DNA of 64,000 nucleotides, from contig DATLFG010000105.1 in NCBI GenBank assembly GCA_035524955.1, forward strand, positions 7,093-71,092. The letters run 5' to 3'. Shown here piece after piece: positions 40,198 to 49,315 of the stretch. Both the position numbers and the translations under genes were made by a program. A model generated the notes under the pieces. That model made no database searches. It worked only from the letters and a program-made list of their open reading frames with translations, and was not told the origin of the DNA. The first letter of the stretch is position 1. Each line of letters opens with the position of its first letter. This stretch comes from Candidatus Limnocylindria bacterium (GTDB lineage Bacteria; Methylomirabilota; Methylomirabilia; Rokubacteriales; CSP1-6).

Positions 40198-40889
40198 GGG
40201 CTCTCCTCCCATCGGATGTTGAATAGGCCCTTGAGCTGCGCGCGGCCCAGGGGCGTGACCGCGACCGCGCGCGTGCCCCGCAGGCGGCGCACCCAGCCGC
40301 GGTCGAGCGCGATCTGCGCCAGCGCGGTGCCCACCGGGCCGGCCACGTGCGGGCGGCGCTCCGTCCAGTCGAGGCACCTCCGCGCCGGGGCCTGCGCGCG
40401 GCCCGGGGCCACGGCGATCCCGAGCGCGTGCAGGGAACGCGCTCCGGTCGGCGTGACGCAGTAACTCCGGCCGTCGTCCTCGAGCCAGCTCAGGGTGATC
40501 AGCGCGTCGGCCAGGGCAACCCCCAGCCGGCCGGCCAGGTGGCTGTAGCAGGTGCGCGCGCTCTTGAGGCGGCGTACCGCTGCGGGCGCGCCATCGCCCG
40601 CGAGCGGATGCGGGAGCGCCGGCGCGACGACTGCCAGCGCCTCGACGGCGTGGCCGACAGCGGGCCCGGCGAGGCGATAGTAGCGCCAGCGCCCCTGCTG
40701 CTCGACGCGCAGGATCTGGCCCGCGATGAGCTTGGCGAGATGGTTGCTGGCCGCCTGAGCGGAGACCCCGGCCCGGGCGGCCAGCTCGCCCGCCGGCCGG
40801 GCCTCGCCACCCGCCAGGGCGAGGCACATGGCGGCTCGAGATGGATCGGCCAGAAGATTCGCCACGAACGCGATGTCGGGCTCCGTCAT
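40194..40889 (-). CDS. ArsR/SmtB-family HTH transcriptional regulator with extended C-terminal domain
   Basis: The N-terminal wHTH is LADPSRAAMCLALAGGEARPAGELAARAGVSAQAASNHLAKL. Confidence 0.7.
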   Translation of the reverse strand: MTEPDIAFVANLLADPSRAAMCLALAGGEARPAGELAARAGVSAQAASNHLAKLIAGQILRVEQQGRWRYYRLAGPAVGHAVEALAVVAPALPHPLAGDGAPAAVRRLKSARTCYSHLAGRLGVALADALITLSWLEDDGRSYCVTPTGARSLHALGIAVAPGRAQAPARRCLDWTERRPHVAGPVGTALAQIALDRGWVRRLRGTRAVAVTPLGRAQLKGLFNIRWEESP

Positions 40890-41050
40890 CGAGCCCAAGC
40901 TTAGCGCGTCCCGCGCGCCGATGTTTCAGCGCGCGTCGAACACAAATATCGGGGCGGGCCGGCCCCGGCCCATCCGTTTCAAGCACCGCGCGATCCTGAA
41001 TTGGATGAGTACAAACCGCGACCGACCCTGGATACTGGAGGCCGCCGACC

Positions 41051-42313
41051 ATGTCCGAGCCCGCCGCCGACGCCGGGATCTCAGCAGCGACCACCTCGCC
41101 CGACGGGCCCGAGTCCACCTACGCCTGGACCCGGCTCGGTGTCGCCCTGGTGCTGGCGGCCATCGGCGGCGTCGGCATGTGGTCGGTGATCGTGGCCCTG
41201 CCCGCGGTGCAGGCGGAGTTCGGCGTCGCGCGCTCCGCCGCCGCCCTGCCCTACACCGTGACCATGATCTGCTTCGGCTTCGGCGGCATCCTGATGGGGC
41301 GCCTGTCCGATCGCTTCGGCGTCATGGTCCCCGTCGTGGGTGGGGCCGTCACGCTGTCGGTCGGGTATGCCGTGGCCAGCCAGGCGACCAGCCTCTGGCA
41401 GTTCGCCCTGGCCCAGGGCCTGCTGGTGGGTGCCGCCAGTTCGGCCACGTTCGCGCCGATCATCGCCGACACCTCGCTCTGGTTCACCCGTCACCGCGGC
41501 ATGGCCGTGGCGATCATCTCGAGCGGCAGCTACCTGGCCGGCACGGTCTGGCCGCCGGTCGTGCAGTACTTCATCCAGAGCGTGGGCTGGCGCCGGACCT
41601 ACCTGGGCATCGCCGTCTTCTGCGGGACGACCATGGTGCCGCTCGCGCTGGCCCTCCGGCGGCGGGCGCCGCTGACCCTGGCCACATCCGCGACTTCGCC
41701 CGGCCCATCGTGGTCCGCGCGTCCCCTGGGGATGTCGCCGGCCGCACTGCAGACCGTGCTGATCATCGCCGGCCTGAGCTGCTGCGTCGCCATGTCGATG
41801 CCGCAGGTGCACATCGTCGCGTACTGCAGCGATCTGGGCCACGGCGCGGCGCGGGGCGCCCAGATGCTGGCGCTGATGCTGGGCTTCGGCGTCGTGAGTC
41901 GCCTCGCCTCCGGCTGGATCTGCGACCGGATCGGCGGGCGGCGCACGCTGCTGCTGGGCTCGAGCCTGCAGGCCCTGGCGCTGGCCCTCTTCCTGCCCTT
42001 CGACGGCCTGGCCTCGCTCTACATCCTGTCGGCCCTGTTCGGCCTGTTCCAGGGCGGGATCGTGCCCGCCTACGCGGTCATCATCCGGGAATTCTTCCCC
42101 CCCGAAGAGGCCGGCGTGCGCGTCGCCACCGTGCTGATGGCCACCGTGTTCGGCATGGCCCTCGGCGGGTGGATGTCCGGCGTGGTCTTCGACGTGACCG
42201 GCTCCTACCAGACCGCGTTCGTCAACGGCATCCTGTGGAACCTGTTGAACATCGCCATCGCGGTGGGGCTGCTGCGCCGACCGGGGAGGCCGGTGGAGCA
42301 GGCCTGGCGGTAG
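41051..42313 (+). CDS. MFS transporter
   Basis: Twelve TM helices; the MFS motif A-like is GRLSDRFG. Length is 420 aa. Confidence 0.85.
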   Translation: MSEPAADAGISAATTSPDGPESTYAWTRLGVALVLAAIGGVGMWSVIVALPAVQAEFGVARSAAALPYTVTMICFGFGGILMGRLSDRFGVMVPVVGGAVTLSVGYAVASQATSLWQFALAQGLLVGAASSATFAPIIADTSLWFTRHRGMAVAIISSGSYLAGTVWPPVVQYFIQSVGWRRTYLGIAVFCGTTMVPLALALRRRAPLTLATSATSPGPSWSARPLGMSPAALQTVLIIAGLSCCVAMSMPQVHIVAYCSDLGHGAARGAQMLALMLGFGVVSRLASGWICDRIGGRRTLLLGSSLQALALALFLPFDGLASLYILSALFGLFQGGIVPAYAVIIREFFPPEEAGVRVATVLMATVFGMALGGWMSGVVFDVTGSYQTAFVNGILWNLLNIAIAVGLLRRPGRPVEQAWR

Positions 42314-42846
42314 CGGCTCCGCAGGTCAGGCGGGTCGCCTAGCTCGCGGATGTAGCACGTCGATCGCCCAGCCCACGTCGAGCCGCTCCCCGAACCACCG
42401 GGCGAGGCCCGTGCGCGAGCCCCTGCGCGATGCTCTGCGCTCGGAGCGCTGCGGGCCCCGTCGGCCCCGCGCTCGACCTGGTAGCCCTCCTCGTGCACCG
42501 CCCGATGATGGCGGCAGCAGAGGAGCGCGAGATTCGACAGCTTGGTCGGCCCCCCCTGCGCCCAGTGGCGCACGTGATGCCCATCGGCCACCCGCACATG
42601 GCAGCCCGGGAAGCGGCAAGTCTGGTCCCGGTGCTGCAGCGCCCGCCGCAGCGCCGGCGGAATCGTCCGTGTGCGGGCTCCCACCCCCACCACCCGCCCG
42701 TCTCCGTCATGGCGCATCACCACCCGGCTCGCCCGGGACGCGGCGACTGATCCACGTCTGGCCCCCCGATGCGGCCCTTCCTGCCGCGCTGAGCATGTAG
42801 GGACACCATGCCAGCCCCCTCCACAGGCCCGCCAGACCGCTCCCAC
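42205..42846 (-). pseudogene. HNH endonuclease-domain remnant (DUF222-type), N-terminally truncated
   Basis: The HNH motif is RALQHRDQTCRFPGCHV...HHVRHWAQGGPTKLSNLALLCCRHHRAVHE. No upstream DUF222 domain is present. The ORF tail overlaps the MFS gene by about 100 nt. Confidence 0.45.
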
Positions 42847-43067
42847 AGCGTACGTACGGTGACCTCGCCATCTCTGGTAGGCTCGCGCTGCCCAGTGTGC
42901 CAGGAGCGCGAGCTCCGAGGCCGGCAGACGGTCTGCTCCGGGCGGTGCCGGGCGAAGCGCTGGCGTGCGGCCCGCGCGACCCGAGATCCCGAGATCCGGG
43001 CCGCCCTCGAGGCAATCGCCCAGCTCGTGCGGGGCATGCTCGGACGGCTGGAGAAAGGGGGCCTTCC

Positions 43068-43786
43068 ATGCGCGCGGACCTCATCAGGACGATCGTTGTG
43101 AGTGCGATCCTACTTCTACTCGGCGCGGCCGCCCCTGTGGCCGCGGTTCCGGTTCCGATCAGTGGGGCGGCACGCTTGGAACTTCTCAACGGGGCCGTGG
43201 GCACGTTTACCGTGGGGCCCGACCGTTACAGTGTGGGATTCTTCAATGAGCCCCACGGTATTGCCAGTTGGGGCTGCCACGACGGATCCGGCAACGAGGG
43301 CTGTCGTGCTGGCGCGTTCATCTTCGCAGGCGCAGAGGAGGGCTTCGGGGATGTGTACGGGGGTTGTTCCGTGGCGGGCAGGAGATCCCGGGGTGTGATT
43401 CCTCTGGGCGGCCGAGAAATGATGAGCCACACGGCCGGTGCGTGAGCTTCTTGGTCCAATTTTCTTGGGGTGCTGTCCAGCCCCTGCCGCCGTTGCCGTC
43501 CGCGGGCAACACGGAGGCGGTGGTAGCCAGCACGTTTCGCGTCCTGATCGACGCGGTCATCTTGCAAGACGGCGACGCAACGGACGACTTCTTCGGCTTC
43601 CAAGCGAGTGGCCCCGGGCGTATCACAGTTGCGCAAGGGCAAGGAGATCAGTGGGATTTTCTGTTCGCCGAGACTCGGATTGATCCGCGGCCGGAACCCG
43701 CCACCCTCCTCCTCTTCGGCACCACAGCGGCGGGGCTGGGCCTGGCCCGCTGGTATCGGCGCCGCGAGCGGGCGCATGCCGCGTAG
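43068..43786 (+). CDS. PEP-CTERM sorting-domain secreted protein, apparently disrupted by a frameshift near 43380-43445
   Basis: A signal peptide (MRADLIRTIVVSAILLLLGAAAPVAA) occupies frame 43068..43445. A PEP-CTERM motif (RPEPATLLLFGTTAAGLGLARWYRRRERA) lies at the end of the overlapping frame 43268..43786. A GAGAAAGGGGG RBS is present. The two frames differ by one nucleotide. Confidence 0.5.
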
Positions 43787-43973
43787 CCAGCCTCCTCCGA
43801 AGCCTTTGCGCAAGCCGCTCCCCGAGGAGCTGGCCCGCGACGCGATCGCGCACGAGGAAGAAGCTCCGAGCGGCGAGGTGCGGATGACGTTCCGCGTGCT
43901 GCTCACCCGCCAGCAGGCGGGTGCCCTGGCGGCGCGCGCCATCCAGGCATGAGAAAAGGAGAGGGAGCCGGCC

Positions 43974-44954
43974 ATGAATCGTCGAGCGTTCCTTAGGTCC
44001 CTTGGCTCCAGTCTCCTCGCCGCGCCGCTCGCCGCCGAGGCGCAGCAGTCCAGCAAGATCGCGAAGATCGGAATCCTGGCGAACTCGCCCTCCCCCCTCT
44101 TGGAGGCGCTCAAGGAGGAACTGCGCGGGTTCGGCTGGGTCGAGGGACGCACGGCCGCGTTCGAGGTTCGCTACGCCAGGGGGGACCTGGATCGCCTTCC
44201 CGGCTTTGCGGACGAGCTCGTCAAACTCGACGTCGATGTCATCATCGCCCCCGCACCGCCTGCGGTGCGCGCCGCCAAGCAGGCCACCGCCACGATCCCC
44301 ATCGTGATGACCGCCGTCGCGGACCCCGTCCGCGATGGGTTCGTGGCCAGCCTGGCGCGCCCCGCCGGCAACGTGACTGGTGTCGCGAGCGTCGCGGCGG
44401 CGACGTTGCTTCCGAAGATTCTCGAACTCGGCAAGGAGGCGATCCCACGGATGACCCGTGTGGGCCTCCTGTTCAACGCCGCGAACCCCCTCAACTATGC
44501 CGCGACGTTCTCCGATGAGCTGCGGGAGGCGGCTAGGGCGCTGAAGGTCGAGTTGCACGACCTGGGGATTCGGAGCGCCGACGACGTCCGTGCGGCGATG
44601 GGGGCAGCCGTGGCCGCGAGGGTCGACGCCGTCCTCGTCGTCGGTGACCCGCTCACGTTCATGCATCGCGGGCTGATCCAGGAGCTGGCCGCTCAGCGTG
44701 GGCTGCCAACGCTCCAGACGACACGAGAGTACCTCGCCGGACGCGGCCTGCTGTCGTACGGGTCGAGCCTCGAGCTGCTCGTCCGGGCCGTCGCGCCCTA
44801 TGTCGACAAGATCCTGAGGGGGGCCAGGCCCGCCGATCTCCCCGTCGTCCAGCCCTCAAAGTACGAGCTCGTCATCAACCTCAAGACCGCCAAGGCGCTC
44901 GGCCTGACAATCCCCCAATCGCTCCTGCTGCGGGCGGATCAGGTGATCGAGTGA
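43974..44954 (+). CDS. orphan ABC-type substrate-binding protein (PF04392 'ABC_sub_bind' family), Tat-signal
   Basis: An RRAFLRSLG Tat signal is followed by KIGILANSP...VDVIIAPAPPAV...IPIVMTAV, the typical layout of this family. No adjacent permease or ATPase gene exists. Confidence 0.7.
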   Translation: MNRRAFLRSLGSSLLAAPLAAEAQQSSKIAKIGILANSPSPLLEALKEELRGFGWVEGRTAAFEVRYARGDLDRLPGFADELVKLDVDVIIAPAPPAVRAAKQATATIPIVMTAVADPVRDGFVASLARPAGNVTGVASVAAATLLPKILELGKEAIPRMTRVGLLFNAANPLNYAATFSDELREAARALKVELHDLGIRSADDVRAAMGAAVAARVDAVLVVGDPLTFMHRGLIQELAAQRGLPTLQTTREYLAGRGLLSYGSSLELLVRAVAPYVDKILRGARPADLPVVQPSKYELVINLKTAKALGLTIPQSLLLRADQVIE

Positions 44955-45013
44955 GCCGCCCGCGAGGGGTGTCAGGCTGGAGTATGAGGCGGCCCTCCTT
45001 GACACGGTGTGAA

Positions 45014-45028
45014 TAGAATACTATTCTA
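45014..45028. promoter_or_regulatory. perfect 7-1-7 palindrome TAGAATAcTATTCTA (candidate operator)
   Basis: A perfect inverted repeat sits in an AT-rich patch (gaaTAGAATACTATTCTAatg), immediately upstream of the XRE-family gene. Confidence 0.5.
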
Positions 45029-45043
45029 ATGCCAGTCTCAGCC

Positions 45044-45232
45044 ATGGGACGACGGATCAAGCGCTTAAGGGAAGCGAAAGGCATGAGCCAGCGCACCCTG
45101 GCGGCCAAGGGTAAGGTTACGCAAGGCCTCATTCACCAGCTCGAGACCGGCGCGATTCAGGACGTCCGGTCCCATGTGGTGGTGAAGCTGGCGAAGGCCC
45201 TCGGCGTGCCGGTGACGGACTTACTCACATGA
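45044..45232 (+). CDS. XRE-family helix-turn-helix transcriptional regulator (about 62-67 aa)
   Basis: IKRLREAKGMSQRTLAAKGKVTQGLIHQLETGAIQDVRSHVVVKLAKALGVPVTDL is the classic Cro/C1-type HTH. An alternative ATG lies at 45029. Its stop overlaps the next ATG (ATGA). Confidence 0.8.
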   Translation: MGRRIKRLREAKGMSQRTLAAKGKVTQGLIHQLETGAIQDVRSHVVVKLAKALGVPVTDLLT

Positions 45233-46146
45233 GGGGCCCCGCTCGCTGGCGCCCGGGAGAGGTAGCCCGGTGGCTGCGGGTGGGCACACGGGCTCGGCTG
45301 CAGGCCGGATGGCACCGACTCCGGCCGGACTACCTGGTACAAGAAGAGCAGTTTCAGCGGGCGTTCGGCCGGCCGATCAATTGGCGCCACCCCACCACAT
45401 TCAACGAGAAGATCCATTGGATCCGACGCTATGAGCGTTCCCCGCTCCTTACCCGGCTGTCGGACAAGGTGGCGGTCCGGGACTACGTCGCGGAACGGTG
45501 CGGGCCTGGCGTGCTGCCTGAGGCCATCGGGGTGTGGGAGCGGGTCGAGGAGATTCCGTGGGCCACGCTGCCGCTGCCCTGTGTCCTCAAGGTTAACTGG
45601 GGTTCGGGAATGAACTGGTTCTGTCGGGACCGGGGTAGCCTCGACATCTGTCAGGCGACCACTCAGCTCACGGCGTGGATGAGCCGTAACCACTACTGGA
45701 ACCACCGGGAGTGGGCCTACAAGAACATCCAGCCCCGGATTCTTGGCGAGAGGCTACTGGTCACATCTACCGGCCACATTCCCGCGGACTACAAGATGTT
45801 CTGCTTCGACGGGGTGCCGTGCATTGTCCAAATCGACAACAATCGCTTCACGCACCACACCAAAGATCTGTATGCCCTACCCTGGCGGAGACTCCACGTG
45901 AGCTACCATTACCCGTCGATCGGTCAGGACCAGCCGCCTCCGCCGCAACTCAAGTCCTTACTAGAGATGGCGGCCGTTCTCTCCCGCGGCATACCCTTCG
46001 TCCGGGTGGACGGCTATGACCTCAGCGATCGAATCGTTTTCGGAGAGTGCACGTTCTACCCAAACGCGGGGATCATCCCCTTTGAGCCGGAAGCCTTTGA
46101 TATCGAACTAGGCTCGTGGCTGACGGTGCGGCGAATTGGCACTTAG
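45229..46146 (+). CDS. TupA-like ATP-grasp amidoligase family protein
   Basis: A 305-aa protein with FNEKIHWIRRY...KDYV....LKVNWGSGMNWF...DYKMFCFDG...VRVDGYD, matching the ATPgrasp_TupA (PF14305) pattern. Local GC is lower (about 62%). Confidence 0.65.
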   Translation: MRGPARWRPGEVARWLRVGTRARLQAGWHRLRPDYLVQEEQFQRAFGRPINWRHPTTFNEKIHWIRRYERSPLLTRLSDKVAVRDYVAERCGPGVLPEAIGVWERVEEIPWATLPLPCVLKVNWGSGMNWFCRDRGSLDICQATTQLTAWMSRNHYWNHREWAYKNIQPRILGERLLVTSTGHIPADYKMFCFDGVPCIVQIDNNRFTHHTKDLYALPWRRLHVSYHYPSIGQDQPPPPQLKSLLEMAAVLSRGIPFVRVDGYDLSDRIVFGECTFYPNAGIIPFEPEAFDIELGSWLTVRRIGT

Positions 46147-46233
46147 GACCAGCTCTCGCGAGCAGGCCGCGCGGATCAGCAGGTTCAACAGCGGCCCCAA
46201 GACCCTCGGCGTGCCGGTGACGGAGCTGCTGGG

Positions 46234-46455
46234 ATGACTGATCTGGACCGCGAGCAGCTCAAGCGGGATTGCTCCGACGCGCTCGAGGCCCGTAACCGTG
46301 AGCAGCGCACCGACCGGATCGCGGACCTGGCCGATGCGCTCCGCGCCCTCGGGCCCCCATACCGCTTCCATGGCGAGTCGCCCCGGGACGGGCAGGACAA
46401 CGCGATCACCTGGCATCTGATCCATGTGCTCGAGAAGTTGGAGAAGGAGACGTGA
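46234..46455 (+). CDS. hypothetical protein (73 aa)
   Basis: The ATG overlaps the TGA of an upstream XRE-like C-terminal remnant (ATGA). No recognisable domain; the sequence is charged and helical (DREQLKRDCSDALEARNREQRTDRIADLADALRAL). Confidence 0.35.
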   Translation: MTDLDREQLKRDCSDALEARNREQRTDRIADLADALRALGPPYRFHGESPRDGQDNAITWHLIHVLEKLEKET

Positions 46456-46512
46456 CCCAGAAGTAAGACGTTCTGGAGCTAAACCCGCCGCACAAGGTAT
46501 TGGAGTACGAAA

Positions 46513-46734
46513 ATGAAAAAGAGCAAGAAAGCATCATCCCGGGTCACCGCGCCGAATCAGGAAACCTCCGCCGCGGCCGCAGCCTCCAAGACGGCCAGTC
46601 GGCGTAAGGCGGCCCGGTCGAGTGCAGTGGAGAACGTCGCCAAGCGGCAGTTCCAGAAGAGCCGGGCGACCGCGATCCAAGCCCATGCCCAGGCGCGCGG
46701 GCAACGACGCCAGGCGAAGCGGGACGCTCGGTAA
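46513..46734 (+). CDS. hypothetical small highly basic protein (73 aa, Lys/Arg/Ala-rich)
   Basis: An AT-richer leader (agtacgaaaATGaaaaagagcaagaaagc) is followed by KKSKKASSR...RRKAARSS...RGQRRQAKRDAR, suggesting a nucleic-acid-binding protein. Confidence 0.3.
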   Translation: MKKSKKASSRVTAPNQETSAAAAASKTASRRKAARSSAVENVAKRQFQKSRATAIQAHAQARGQRRQAKRDAR

Positions 46735-46903
46735 CGTAAAGAGGCCCCCGGCGTGCCGGTGGCAAACCGTAAAGAAGGCAAGGGGCTTCGTCCAACTAGT
46801 TCTACTGCTCGCTGCCTGGCCGCAGAACGGAGGGCGTGATGGTTGCTTTCCGGCAGCTCGAGGACCTCGACGGCGGGCGGGCGTGACGGCCCGCGTGGAG
46901 GAG

Positions 46904-47155
46904 ATGATCTTCACGGCGCTCTGCGATCGGTTTCGGTCGCCCACGCAAGTCTGGCAGTCGATGTCGCTGGTCGAACTCGAGGAGGCGACCGGCCTCGCCA
47001 AGGAGCCCCTCGAGGAAGCCCTTCGCGCGCTGCGCGGGGCCGATGGTCGCGACGACTCGCGCATTGCGTATGGTGCAGGACGGGTCGTTCTCGGTGCAGT
47101 CTGGCGCGTCCAGTGCCGAGATCTCCCGAACGATCCGGGACCCGACCGACCGTGA
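46904..47155 (+). CDS. hypothetical small protein (about 83 aa)
   Basis: An in-frame M lies inside a longer artifact ORF. The sequence is acidic and helical (MIFTALCDRFRSPTQVWQSMSLVELEEATGLAKEPLEEALRAL). Confidence 0.2.
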   Translation: MIFTALCDRFRSPTQVWQSMSLVELEEATGLAKEPLEEALRALRGADGRDDSRIAYGAGRVVLGAVWRVQCRDLPNDPGPDRP

Positions 47156-47556
47156 GACCTCTCGCCTGGCTCTGCGTGGTCGCGGGGCTCCTCGCGGCTG
47201 CCTGCTCGAGCACCCTCCGCGAGGTCCGCGCCCGTGAGCCCGAGTTCCGCTTCGCGGGAATCGCGGCATCGATGCAGCTTGAGGTGGCCCGATGTATTCG
47301 GGACGTGCTGGACCGGAGCGTCGGCGAGGGCATCCTCCAGGAACTCGAGCTCGCCCGAGACGGCGTGCACGTGGTCGGCCGGCCCGACGAGTCACTCTCG
47401 GCGGCCGTGTTCTACGACGTTGCCGTCCGAGAGGAGGCTGTCGTCGCCATGCTGGCTCCGCGATCGGTGATTCCGCGCGACCTGCTCCGGGGTGCGATCG
47501 CGGCGTGCGTCCCGGCAGCGCCAGGTGCCGCGGGCCAACCACCGGCCACAAGGTGA
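47152..47556 (+). CDS. hypothetical lipoprotein
   Basis: The GTG start overlaps the previous TGA. RPLAWLCVVAGLLAAAC|SS is a lipobox. Confidence 0.3.
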   Translation: MRPLAWLCVVAGLLAAACSSTLREVRAREPEFRFAGIAASMQLEVARCIRDVLDRSVGEGILQELELARDGVHVVGRPDESLSAAVFYDVAVREEAVVAMLAPRSVIPRDLLRGAIAACVPAAPGAAGQPPATR

Positions 47557-47613
47557 GGAAAGTTGCCTGGGAAGGCCATCCGCGAAGAAGTCGGGTCTAT
47601 CAAGGAGGACGCC

Positions 47614-49238
47614 ATGATCGCCGCGATCTACGCTCGCAAGAGCACCGACCAGAACGTCGCGGACGAGGAGAAGTCCGTCACGCGCCAGATCGAGCGCGCC
47701 ACCGCCTACGCCCATGCGAAGGGGTGGAGCGTGGCGGCTGGGCATGTTCTACGCCGACGATGGGATCTCTGGCGCCGAGTTCGTCAAGCGCCCGGGATTT
47801 CTGGGGCTGGCTGAACGCGCTCGAGCCCCGGCCCCCGTTTCAAGCGCTGATCATGTCCGAGGAGTCGCGCCTCGGCCGTGAGTCCATCGAGACCGGCTGG
47901 ACGCTGAAGAAAATCACCGACGCAGGCGTGCGGGTCTTCTACTACCTCGAGGACCGCGAGCGCACGCTTGGCTCCTCCATGGACAAGGTGATGATGCACC
48001 TGTCGAGCTTCGCCGCCGAGATGGAGCGGGAGAAAGCGGTGCAGCGGACGCGGGACGCGATGCGCCGGAAGGCCGAGCGGGGCCATGTGGCCGGCGGGCG
48101 CGTCTACGGCTACGACAACCAGCGGGTCGGCGACCACATCGAGCGCGGGATCCACCCCGCGCAGGCCGACGTGATCCAGCGCATCTTCCGCGAGATCGCC
48201 GCCGGGCGTGGCTTCACCCGCGTGGCGAAGGGGCTGACGGCCGAAGGGGTCCCCTCCCCGCATCCGGGGCGCGGCTGGGCCGCCACCGCCGTGCGCGAGA
48301 TGGTATTCCGGGAGCTCTACCGGGGCCGGCAGGTGTACGGCAAAGCGCGGTGGGAGCGGCGGGGCGGGACCAAGCGCAAGATCCAGGTGCCGGAGGCCGA
48401 GTGGTCCATCGTCGAGACGCCGGCGCTGCAGATCGTCGACGCCACGCTCTGGCAGGCCGCGCATCGGCGCCTCGATCGGACACGGGCAATCTACCTACAC
48501 CGCACGAACGGCAAGCTCTAGGGCCGGCCGAAGGCGGGCCTCGAGGCGAAGTACCTGCTCTCCGGGTTCGTGGTGTGCGGAATCTGCGGCGGGGCGATGC
48601 ACGCGACGAAGCGGACCAGTCTCCGGGGCGGGCCCCAGCTCTACTACGTCTGCCGGACGCATCGCGTACGGGGCGATCTGCTCTGCCGCAACAGCCTGTC
48701 GGCCCCGATGAGCGAGCTCGATACCGACGTGGCCACCGCCTTCGAGCGGGACGTGCTCACTGCGGACGTGATCGAGGCGGTCGTGCAGCGCGCGGTGGAG
48801 ATCGAGCGCGCCCACCCGGATGACGCGGCGCCGCAACGCGAGACGCTGCGCAGCCGGCTCCGCCAGCTCGAGGGCGAACACGGGCGCTTCATGGAGGCGG
48901 TTCGCCAGTGGGGCCCGATGGGGTTGCTCGGCGCCGAGCTGCGGACGCTCGAGGTGCGCTGGGCCGAGCTCCTGGCCCAGCTCGAGCACCTGGACGGGCT
49001 GGAGAAGGCGGCGGGGGCGTGGGCCGCCCAGGCCCTGGCCGGCGACTTCGCGGCGCTGCTCGGCGAGTGGCAGGCCCTCCTGCGGGGCGACCCCGTACAG
49101 GCACGCCAGATCCTGCGCAAGCTCATCATGGGCCGGCTGCGGATGGTGCCGGAGATCCGGCCCGATGGGCGCTTCTACCGGTGGACCGGCCAGGCCTCGT
49201 ACGGACAGCTGCTGCCGGTCTCATCGGTGTACAAGGCT
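47614..49238 (+). pseudogene. large serine recombinase (resolvase/integrase), decayed: two frameshifts plus in-frame amber stop
   Basis: An RBS CAAGGAGG precedes MIAAIYARKSTDQ (resolvase catalytic domain; the Ser nucleophile lies in ARKST). The motif YADDGISGAEFVKRPGF is in a second frame. The recombinase domain (WLNALEPRPPFQALIMSEESRLGRE...) is in a third frame. A TAG at 48519-48521 interrupts ...RTNGKL*GRPKAGLEAKYLLSGFVVCGICG (zinc-ribbon motif), and a coiled-coil C-terminus follows. The last frame runs into the tRNA. Confidence 0.75.
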
Positions 49239-49315
49239 TGGTGCCCCCGGGGTGACTCGAACACCCGGCACGCAGTTTAGGAAACTGCTGCTCTATCCAC
49301 CTGAGCTACGGGGGC
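49239..49315 (-). tRNA. tRNA-Arg (anticodon CCT)
   Basis: A 77-nt cloverleaf: acceptor stem GCCCCCG/CGGGGGC, anticodon stem GCAGT/ACTGC with loop TTCCTAA, T-loop TTCGAGT, and an encoded CCA. Confidence 0.9.

Noticed and set aside
42339-42710. 123-aa minus ORF (MTETGGWW...)
   Set aside because: It is an alternate frame of the HNH-remnant ORF. The HNH motif lies in the 42205..42846 frame.
48570-49280. 236-aa ORF treated as an independent gene
   Set aside because: It is the C-terminal portion of the recombinase pseudogene (same frame, separated by TAG at 48519). Its last 14 codons are read-through of the tRNA-Arg gene.
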